31,351 nucleotides of DNA from a virus (lineage: Duplodnaviria; Caudoviricetes). The stretch lies in IMG/VR virus record IMGVR_UViG_3300048631_000054, positions 1-31,351 of that record; one strand, 5' to 3'. The notes below the pieces were generated by a model. It had not been told where the DNA came from and made no database searches. It worked only from the letters and a program-made list of their open reading frames with translations. Positions 18,165-24,859 of this stretch are shown in pieces (within the stretch, counting starts at the first letter, position 1; each line of letters begins with the position of its first letter). A program made the translations under genes and the position numbers.

Positions 18165-18380
18165 TTAAATGCCTGCTACATAATCAAATGCAACAGACTC
18201 GCTTTCGCCATTGGCATAGCAATCACTATAGCCTTGGTCAAATTCTAATCTATCTACCAACTTTACTTCTCTCCTAGCAGACAGAGCATCCTTACTCTTA
18301 GCACAAGCTTGCCAGCCTAATGCGTAGGGTATTGATTTCTTTGCTAGGTAGTTGTACTCATCCTCTTTTCTGATTCTCAT
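18165..18380 (-). CDS. Hypothetical protein
   Basis: GAGGAG RBS; YALGW..FDQGY pattern. Confidence 0.7.
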   Translation of the reverse strand: MRIRKEDEYNYLAKKSIPYALGWQACAKSKDALSARREVKLVDRLEFDQGYSDCYANGESESVAFDYVAGI

Positions 18381-18533
18381 ATCTCCTCGCTTGTTTTATC
18401 AACTTACTGTCTTACTAATTAGGGGTTACTTAGGGCAACCAGTCCCATACTCGTAGGATTCTAACGAGGGAAACTAAACTTGAGGAGAGTAGGGATACCC
18501 CGAATGACTGTGTATGAAACAGACATTAGAAGT

Positions 18534-18562
18534 ATTGTATCAGCTAATGTGAAGTCGCTGAA
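18534..18562 (-). promoter_or_regulatory. Putative extended -10 promoter for the replication operon
   Basis: Minus strand TTCAGC-17 bp-TACAAT with TG at the extended position. Confidence 0.5.
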
Positions 18563-18723
18563 GTGAAATCCTCGTTTATAAATCCAGACTGTTCTTGCAG
18601 TAATTGTACAACCTCAGCATCTTCCATTGCGTACAGCTTTTCCATAGCCTCCTCCTCACTTGCCGCACTCACAGCTATGATTATATTAAGTGTCATAGGT
18701 ATATCGTAGTAGTCATTCTTCAT
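18544..18723 (-). CDS. 59-aa acidic hypothetical protein (not in ORF track)
   Basis: MKNDYYDIPMTLNIIIAVSAASEEEAMEKL...; GGAG RBS; overlaps the upstream gene's stop. Confidence 0.72.
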   Translation of the reverse strand: MKNDYYDIPMTLNIIIAVSAASEEEAMEKLYAMEDAEVVQLLQEQSGFINEDFTSATSH

Positions 18724-18895
18724 CTACATCTCCATCAAATAGTTTGTCACAATAATCTTCTAGTTCTTTTCTTAGATTCTTATCATACGCCTGATTAACT
18801 ACCTCTTCGATAACATCCTCACTAAGCCCAGACTTATCCGCAGCCCACGCAACTAAGACCATATACTTAGCTCGGTACTCTTGCTCTAGTTTCAT
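18713..18895 (-). CDS. Hypothetical protein
   Basis: AGGAG RBS; TGATG coupling. Confidence 0.7.
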   Translation of the reverse strand: MKLEQEYRAKYMVLVAWAADKSGLSEDVIEEVVNQAYDKNLRKELEDYCDKLFDGDVDEE

Positions 18896-19302
18896 CAGGT
18901 ACTCCTATTGATTAGCTTCCAATGACCTTCAGGGTCATAAAGCATACGTCTCTTGATAGCGTCTGTTACTGGTTTGATTTTAGTAGAGGGTGTGTAAGGT
19001 GGGGCTAATACTTTCTTAGGGTCTGTGTACATAGTCAGCCTTGTTGAAGCTGTGCTTTTCTTACAGCCTGTATGTTCAGACACCTCGGCAGAAGTCCATT
19101 CAGTACCATCATCTAATGTGTATAGCTTCAAGCCATTAGTTACCTTTATCTTATCTCTAGGCTTTAATACTTGAGCAGGGTCTGTGCTTTTATTGAGCCT
19201 GTAGTAAGCTGAGCTGTGTGATATACCTATGAGTGCTGATAAGTCTCTCGTAGTCCAGACACTATCATCATCTAAAGTAAACTTCTTTGTAATACTTCCC
19301 AT
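18895..19302 (-). CDS. Protein with two tandem HTH-like repeats
   Basis: FTLDDDSVWT..SAYYRL..TDPAQVLKP and YTLDDGTEWT..TASTRL..TDPKKVLAP. Confidence 0.7.
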   Translation of the reverse strand: MGSITKKFTLDDDSVWTTRDLSALIGISHSSAYYRLNKSTDPAQVLKPRDKIKVTNGLKLYTLDDGTEWTSAEVSEHTGCKKSTASTRLTMYTDPKKVLAPPYTPSTKIKPVTDAIKRRMLYDPEGHWKLINRST

Positions 19303-19303
19303 C

Positions 19304-19375
19304 TTAATCTCCTAAAGTTAAGTAAAGGAGAAAAGATAGGTAAATAATACCTAATCCTAATAGTAGTTCAAACAT
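19304..19375 (-). CDS. 23-aa single-helix membrane microprotein MFELLLGLGIIYLSFLLYLTLGD
   Basis: Exactly fills the gap, purine-rich GAGGA RBS, overlaps the upstream stop. Confidence 0.5.
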   Translation of the reverse strand: MFELLLGLGIIYLSFLLYLTLGD

Positions 19376-19574
19376 CTTCCTCTCCTCGTTTCGTACACAC
19401 CATGTTAGTTTCATAGTGAGCTATCACTGAATTGTACATGACATAAGCAGCGGTGTAAGCCCATATTCTTTGCTCCTTAGGCATGCCTTCAATGATGTCA
19501 TCAACATATTGAATAGCTTCTTGTACATCTTTAGTAGCAAACATACTATGCTTTTCTATGGTATCCCATTTCAT
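19368..19574 (-). CDS. Hypothetical early protein
   Basis: GAGGAG RBS; tight packing. Confidence 0.72.
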   Translation of the reverse strand: MKWDTIEKHSMFATKDVQEAIQYVDDIIEGMPKEQRIWAYTAAYVMYNSVIAHYETNMVCTKRGEEDV

Positions 19575-19575
19575 A

Positions 19576-19860
19576 TTACTTCTCCTCTGTTGTAGCTTTG
19601 TTTAGTTGAGCAGGATGGTCTCCTACTATGACAAGTCTATCTTTATTACCAGCATCTTCAACTCCAGCCCACCAGCCCCACTGGGTACTGAATAGATTCA
19701 TAGCTTTTACTTCATCGGGAAAAGCTAATCTCAATCTATCCCTGTTACCGTGGTCAGCAACTGATATTGCCTTAGCTAAGTACCCTTTAAATGAGGTACT
19801 CCCATGCCTACCGTACTGCCAGTCATATACAAACTGTTCACCTTTAGTTAGTCTACTCAT
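19576..19860 (-). CDS. Hypothetical early protein
   Basis: TGATG coupling; SF..LA.AI..AD..N..RL..AFP motif that I recall in small phage proteins. Confidence 0.72.
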   Translation of the reverse strand: MSRLTKGEQFVYDWQYGRHGSTSFKGYLAKAISVADHGNRDRLRLAFPDEVKAMNLFSTQWGWWAGVEDAGNKDRLVIVGDHPAQLNKATTEEK

Positions 19861-20141
19861 CAGAAACCTGCATCCCTGAGCCAGCCATTCTCTTCTTCAG
19901 GTGTTTGCTCATCAGGGTCTACCTGTTCTGAGTAAGTAACATCATAGACAATCTCTAACTCATCAGCTTTAGCTACAACATTACCTGCTGTGTCTAACAC
20001 TCTGATAATATCTAGGTCTATAGCCTCATCACCTACGTAATCATCTAGTAAATCCCATAGATACACAACCCTACGTTCAGTTCTATCTACTAGTTTCATT
20101 TGCTTTAATCGTCTCATTGCTTCATCTACTTTATCAGCCAT
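19860..20141 (-). CDS. Hypothetical acidic early protein
   Basis: AAGGAG RBS; TAATG coupling. Confidence 0.72.
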   Translation of the reverse strand: MADKVDEAMRRLKQMKLVDRTERRVVYLWDLLDDYVGDEAIDLDIIRVLDTAGNVVAKADELEIVYDVTYSEQVDPDEQTPEEENGWLRDAGF

Positions 20142-20302
20142 TAGCTTTTCTCCTTCACCTTATCAAAACCATGTATAGCCATGCTCTTCAGTAACGATTG
20201 AACACAATCATCTGCTGCATCTGCCACTTGGTCTGACATATTCAATTCCTTAGCTACTGCCATTGATGCTTCTAACATCTTAATTAATTCTTCAGCTACC
20301 AT
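20141..20302 (-). CDS. 53-aa hypothetical protein (not in ORF track) MVAEELIKMLEASMAVAKEL...
   Basis: AAGGAG RBS; fills the gap; stop overlaps the next ATG. Confidence 0.7.
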   Translation of the reverse strand: MVAEELIKMLEASMAVAKELNMSDQVADAADDCVQSLLKSMAIHGFDKVKEKS

Positions 20303-20756
20303 TAGCTTTTCTCCTTTCAACTATATCTTTTAAAATAGACTGAACCGCGTAGTCCAGACTGATTGCTTGACCACTGGTTGTCCTACCCCAGATACAGAAA
20401 CCAAGGAAGTCTTCATTGACAATCTCATCTCGTTTCTTTAGCTCATCTCCGAACCAAGGCTGAACAATCCAGAACTCTAAAGCTTCAATCAATTCAGGTT
20501 CTCCACCATCTTCTTCGTAGTCATTCTTATAAGTACACATAGTCTCAATGACTTCTTCATGTCCTATTAAATCAGTAGAACATTCTAAGGTCAGCTCATG
20601 TATAGCATTGACCATCTCATTAGCTCTGTGAATAATAACTTCACCTACCATCTGGTCCAGCTCTCGCTCATGGTACTGATACCACGTAGGTAAATCTTCT
20701 TCCCAATCAGTAGCGTGTTCACTACGCCACAGCATTTGTTCTTTAATCTTCCCCAT
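20292..20756 (-). CDS. Hypothetical early protein (start probably MGKIKEQ at 20756)
   Basis: AAGGAG RBS before 20756; C-terminal EFWIV..W..WGRTTSGQAI.LD motif. Confidence 0.72.
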   Translation of the reverse strand: MGKIKEQMLWRSEHATDWEEDLPTWYQYHERELDQMVGEVIIHRANEMVNAIHELTLECSTDLIGHEEVIETMCTYKNDYEEDGGEPELIEALEFWIVQPWFGDELKKRDEIVNEDFLGFCIWGRTTSGQAISLDYAVQSILKDIVERRKANGS

Positions 20757-20955
20757 ATTGTTCTCCTTTATCTTCAATAGAATCCAGTGCCTCATCAAAG
20801 GCATCCCACATCTTGTTAGCTAGTAAGTAAACCACCTCTTCAGGACTGTTGAATACCCTACCGTTTACATTATAAGTAAAGGTCTTACCTTCCTCAGTCA
20901 TAGCAGGGTATTCAGCAATCATCTGCTCATACACAGCTTGTTCAAACTCTCCCAT
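20743..20955 (-). CDS. Hypothetical acidic early protein
   Basis: AGGAG RBS; packing. Confidence 0.7.
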   Translation of the reverse strand: MGEFEQAVYEQMIAEYPAMTEEGKTFTYNVNGRVFNSPEEVVYLLANKMWDAFDEALDSIEDKGEQYGED

Positions 20956-20967
20956 ACATTACTCCTG

Positions 20968-21192
20968 TTAATAGTATTGATTCATCTTAGCACCATGTAC
21001 CTCAATGAACTTATCACTGACGTACCTATCGATGTCAGTCAGCTGGTTTTCCCAGACTCGTCCAAGCTTAGCCACCTCTTCATCAACGAATGAATAACTC
21101 TCGTATAAGTTCTGAGTTAGAATCATTCTAGTCGGTGAGTTAATGACTAACTTATCTAGGTAAGCCTTCTGTTTCTTATTAAAGGTAGCCAT
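20968..21192 (-). CDS. Hypothetical early protein (start probably MATFNKK at 21192)
   Basis: TAATG coupling with the upstream regulator. Confidence 0.65.
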   Translation of the reverse strand: MATFNKKQKAYLDKLVINSPTRMILTQNLYESYSFVDEEVAKLGRVWENQLTDIDRYVSDKFIEVHGAKMNQYY

Positions 21193-21587
21193 TAGAAAGA
21201 CCACCATCTCTTCTTATGCTTAGCTATTATCTGACGTATGATAATCCTCATAGGTAAGTCTTGCTTCTTTGCTAGTTCAAGTACATAGTCATGGTCTTCT
21301 TCAGAGCTGGGTAACGAGTAGTTCTCCCTCCTCTTTTCCTGTAGCTTGATAGGCTTGTGCTTAGGTACTAAGTCTTCGATAGCTTCAATGACTTTGTTCT
21401 TAGACTGTAACTGAACTGAAGCCTCATTCCCACTAGGTATCTCAGGTACGTGATTCTTCAAGTGTTTGTATATTGATTGTGAAGACAAGCCTAGTATCTT
21501 AGCTACCTGTAGCTTTGAAATACCCTTGTCATGTAGAGCCTTCATCTTATTATATTGACTCATTGTTATTCTTCTTCCTGTACTCAT
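21192..21587 (-). CDS. Putative transcriptional regulator: N-terminal HTH plus C-terminal ribbon-helix-helix-like segment
   Basis: LHDKGISKLQVAKILGLSSQSIYKHL; NYSLP..EEDHDYVLELAKKQDLPMRIIIRQII; AGGAG RBS. Confidence 0.72.
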   Translation of the reverse strand: MSTGRRITMSQYNKMKALHDKGISKLQVAKILGLSSQSIYKHLKNHVPEIPSGNEASVQLQSKNKVIEAIEDLVPKHKPIKLQEKRRENYSLPSSEEDHDYVLELAKKQDLPMRIIIRQIIAKHKKRWWSF

Positions 21588-21615
21588 GTTGTTACTCCTA
21601 CGTTGTTAAAATCCC

Positions 21616-21657
21616 AGACTAATCCATTCCCTAAAACACCTAGACTAATCCATTCCC
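21616..21657. repeat. 16-bp direct repeat AGACTAATCCATTCCC, two copies
   Basis: Exact copies at 21616-21631 and 21642-21657, upstream of the HTH gene. Confidence 0.9.
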
Positions 21658-21716
21658 CGATACTGCCCCGATTATTTATAAAGTAATGATAGACAATCAG
21701 TGTAGATACGAACAAT

Positions 21717-21740
21717 AAAAAGAGAGACCGAAGCCTCTCT
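21717..21740 (-). terminator. Rho-independent terminator of the 21758..22156 gene
   Basis: Minus strand AGAGAGGC-TTCG-GTCTCTCT then TTTT; C(UUCG)G loop. Confidence 0.88.
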
Positions 21741-21757
21741 GATTGTTTAGTTAATGT

Positions 21758-22156
21758 TTATCTTTGTTTAGGTACAAAGTCTGAATCAACTTCTTGATTA
21801 GTAACTTTCATCTTACTTCCTTTAAGAGGTTTAACATATTCTCTACCTAAGATTTCTAGATGTTTTAGTTTAAAGTCTTTCTGCATACCTTCTAAGTTTA
21901 GAATCTGTTCGTCTAGCTGGTTTAGGTAAGTACCTTTGCTTGCTAATGCCCTAGAGTTACTTTCAGTACCTGTAGAATCTTCTTTTAATACTTGGTATTG
22001 AGCGTAGTTCTGACGGTAGGTTGTTAGTTGATAATCTAAATCACTTTCTAACCAGTATAGAGTTCCTTTGATTGTTCTGGACTGCGTAGTATATTCAAGG
22101 TTGGAGCTGTCATCTGATGGAAGTGAATCGATGTATTTAGTGTTTAAGTTTTTCAT
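21758..22156 (-). CDS. Orphan coiled-coil protein, stand-alone transcription unit
   Basis: AAGGA RBS, own terminator, heptad pattern; first gene of the - arm. Confidence 0.8.
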   Translation of the reverse strand: MKNLNTKYIDSLPSDDSSNLEYTTQSRTIKGTLYWLESDLDYQLTTYRQNYAQYQVLKEDSTGTESNSRALASKGTYLNQLDEQILNLEGMQKDFKLKHLEILGREYVKPLKGSKMKVTNQEVDSDFVPKQR

Positions 22157-22447
22157 TGTTTATCCTTTTTATTGTTTTATAAGATGTCCTATGGACGCTG
22201 TAAAGGAAACGTGCTAGGGATTTAAGGTCAACATCAAGGCTACCTTAGTGAGCACAGCGAACTTAGGAAGACTTAGCGTGTTTAGTGTTGACCTTAGATT
22301 TCTAGTATGTTGGGATAGCAGTGGGCTTAGGTTCATCTTTGCTATAAAACAATAACAAGGTTAAACAAAGCTATGAATAACTTAAACATGGGTACTGAGA
22401 TGAACGTACTGAGGATTACACGGAAACCTTGAATATACAAGTAGTCC
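22079..22447 (+). repeat. Long imperfect inverted repeat / hairpin (about 370 nt)
   Basis: Nested stems 22089-22102/22425-22438 (14/14), 22141-22156/22373-22388 (15/16), 22156-22181/22343-22368 (24/26), 22208-22233/22286-22311 (26 pairs including 5 G-T). Confidence 0.93.
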
Positions 22448-22470
22448 TATTGTTTCCTAAACACAGCTAG

Positions 22471-22497
22471 TTTCCTTTGTTTCCTTTGTTTCCTTAG
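22471..22497. repeat. 9-bp tandem repeat TTTCCTTTG x3 (last copy TTTCCTTAG)
   Basis: Read directly; a partial copy at 22453. Confidence 0.85.
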
Positions 22498-22767
22498 TAT
22501 ATGTCTAATGTTAATTTAAATAAACAGTAGTTAATCTGTGTGTCAGTGTAAGTAGGTTTGATTGTCTGTCGTTAGGTACTTTGACTGTCTATCATTACTT
22601 CACACACTCATGGATACTACGGTAACAAGAGACACTCGAGTATCTGTAGCGACTGTATCAACGGGGTAGGGGGACCCATGTGGTGACTCCATACTATTAA
22701 TTAACAATCATTATCAGACGAGAGAAGGGTTTGAGATTTGTAGATAAATAGTAGAACTAATGTAAAC

Positions 22768-22801
22768 CTGTGGATAACTATAGGAAAGCTGTGGATAACT
22801 A
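22768..22801. promoter_or_regulatory. Two perfect DnaA boxes within a 13-bp direct repeat CTGTGGATAACTA
   Basis: TGTGGATAA (reverse complement TTATCCACA) at 22769-22777 and 22790-22798, 21 bp apart. Confidence 0.7.
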
Positions 22802-22830
22802 CTCATTTGATGAATTAGATGACTATCTAC

Positions 22831-22859
22831 TTTACTTTACCTTGTTTATCAGCTACAAT
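22831..22859 (+). promoter_or_regulatory. Putative sigma70 promoter for the packaging/structural arm
   Basis: TTTACT-17 bp-TACAAT. Confidence 0.6.
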
Positions 22860-23157
22860 CAAAACCAAGTTCACTACTTAAGAAACAAGAGTTGCTGAAG
22901 AAGACCACCATGACCTTCCAATGAGTAACCATTTAGATTACCTACTAACTACTTTAATAACTTTAATAGCTTTAATCTAGTTAACCTAAAACTTAAAACA
23001 ACCTTTAGTCTAAACAACTACTGAGCGGAAACCAAGGTGGAGGGATTCAGAGGTGTCTTGCTACTTAAGACGTGGAATTGCTAATAAAGGTACTAAATTA
23101 ACTATTATGTTGATAACTTAGTACCTGTTTTGTTTAACCCTAACGGATAATTAAACT

Positions 23158-23544
23158 ATGTCTACTAAATCTAAACATCAAGGTAATCCTAACTTTGTTA
23201 AGGGAATGAAATCCCTAAATCCCGCTGGCAGACCTAAAGGTTCTGTAAATAAATATACCCAACTCGCTAGAGAACTACTCAGTTCTAGAGGTGAAGAGAT
23301 TGTTGAGGTTGTCATTGCTAAGGCTCTTAAAGGTGATGTTCACTGTTTAAAGATGTGTATGGACAGGATTGTCCCTGCGCAGAAAGCTATTGAGATTAAA
23401 CATACTAAAGCTGAAGGTGGTTTAGTTATTAATGTTGGTACGACTGAACAGATTGAAGAGATGGCTAAGGTCACTAAACCTAAGAGATTAAAGACTAAAG
23501 GTGATGATGAGGTCATAGCTGAGGTATTAGATGGGGACTCTTAA
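23158..23544 (+). CDS. terS: Terminase small subunit (DUF5681-like N-terminus)
   Basis: FVKG.S.NPAGRPKGSVNK motif, KALKGD..CLK..DR..P; overlaps terL. Confidence 0.85.
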   Translation: MSTKSKHQGNPNFVKGMKSLNPAGRPKGSVNKYTQLARELLSSRGEEIVEVVIAKALKGDVHCLKMCMDRIVPAQKAIEIKHTKAEGGLVINVGTTEQIEEMAKVTKPKRLKTKGDDEVIAEVLDGDS

Positions 23545-24787
23545 TGTTGAGTTACATCCTGCTCAGTTAGACATATTCAATTCAAAGAAGAGATTTAAGG
23601 TTGTATCAGCTGGACGTAGGTTCGGTAAGTCTAGATTAGCTGCTTGGATATTGTTAATCAAAGCTCTACAATCTGATTCTAAGGATGTCTTCTATATTGG
23701 TCCTACCTTTCAACAAGCTAAAGACATTATGTGGAATATGTTGAAAGACCTTGGTCAAGATGTCATTAAAGATGCCTATGAGAACACAGCTAGATTGACG
23801 TTGATTAATGGTAGGAAGATTTATCTAAAGGGCAGTGACAGACCTGATTCCCTACGTGGTGTTGGTCTTGCCTATGTTGTATTAGATGAGTATGCCTCAA
23901 TGAAACCTAATGTATGGGAACAAATCATTAGACCTACCTTAGCTGATGTACGAGGTGGCGCACTCTTTATAGGTACGCCAGCTGGTAAGAATCACTTCTA
24001 TGACCTATATACAGAGGCTTTAAACGGTGATGATGAAGACTGGGAGTCATTCTCCTACAACTCAACCGACAATCCCTACATACCTGCTGATGAGATAGAG
24101 GCTGCAAGACGTTCAATGTCCTCAATGTCTTTTAGACAAGAATTCGAGGCATCCTTTGAATCGTTTACTGGTGGTATCTTTAAAGAAGAATGGTTCTTAA
24201 CTGGTACTGAACCTACTGAAGGTAACTATGTTATTGCTGTTGACCCTGCTGGATTCGAGGCTTGTGAGAAAGAAAGGGGACTTAAGACTTCTAAACTAGA
24301 TGAGACCGCTATTGCTATTGTTAAGATAGACCGTGATAAGTGGTGGGTGAAGGATATTCTACATGGAAGGTGGTCTATTAAAGAAACTGCCACTAAGATA
24401 CTGAAGGCAGCTGAACTTAATGAAGCTACAACTGTAGGTATTGAGACTGGTTCCTTGAAGAACGCCATCATGCCCTACCTAGAAGATGAAATGAGGTCTT
24501 CTAACCGGTTTGTACATATAGATGAGCTACGTCATGGTGGTAAAAAGAAGTCAGAACGTATCACTTGGTCCCTCCAAGGACGTATGGAACACCAACAAAT
24601 CACATTTAATGAAGATAAAGACTGGAAGTTCTTCATGGACCAGATGTTAGACTTCCCTTCACGACTTGCACATGATGATTTGCTAGATGCCTTGTCCTAT
24701 ATAGACCAGGTGTCCATTGCAGACTTCGCACATTCTGTACAAATGGACGATGATTGGGAACCTGAGGACCTAATTTCAGGCTATTAA
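23531..24787 (+). CDS. terL: Terminase large subunit
   Basis: LHPAQ, Walker A AGRRFGKS, LRG, Walker B VVLDE, IGTP, nuclease AVDPA and HDDLLDA. Confidence 0.97.
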   Translation: MGTLNVELHPAQLDIFNSKKRFKVVSAGRRFGKSRLAAWILLIKALQSDSKDVFYIGPTFQQAKDIMWNMLKDLGQDVIKDAYENTARLTLINGRKIYLKGSDRPDSLRGVGLAYVVLDEYASMKPNVWEQIIRPTLADVRGGALFIGTPAGKNHFYDLYTEALNGDDEDWESFSYNSTDNPYIPADEIEAARRSMSSMSFRQEFEASFESFTGGIFKEEWFLTGTEPTEGNYVIAVDPAGFEACEKERGLKTSKLDETAIAIVKIDRDKWWVKDILHGRWSIKETATKILKAAELNEATTVGIETGSLKNAIMPYLEDEMRSSNRFVHIDELRHGGKKKSERITWSLQGRMEHQQITFNEDKDWKFFMDQMLDFPSRLAHDDLLDALSYIDQVSIADFAHSVQMDDDWEPEDLISGY

Positions 24788-24859
24788 GGAAAATAACTGA
24801 TTATTTGCTTTACTTTATGATATATTACGGCTAAATTCCTATGGAAATTTATATCATCT

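Noticed and set aside
21616-21657. 16-bp repeat pair as a mini-CRISPR array
   Set aside because: Only two copies with a 10-bp spacer, too short for repeat or spacer.
22373-22432. 19-aa ORF MNNLNMGTEMNVLRITRKP on the right hairpin arm
   Set aside because: Explained as the mirror image of the real gene start; weak RBS and early stop.
22079-22447. Hairpin as a retron msDNA, DGR element, IS end or assembly fold-back artefact
   Set aside because: No reverse transcriptase or transposase in the genome; the arms are diverged with indels and G-T bias, unlike a chimeric fold-back, which would be exact.
22921-22980. 19-aa hydrophobic ORF MSNHLDYLLTTLITLIALI
   Set aside because: No clear RBS; hydrophobicity follows from the 9-bp AT-rich repeat. 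It cannot be excluded without Ribo-seq.
24798-24826. Extended -10 promoter (TGATATATT) before the portal gene
   Set aside because: Plausible, but the -35 is poor and the region is AT-rich; not enough support to list as a feature.
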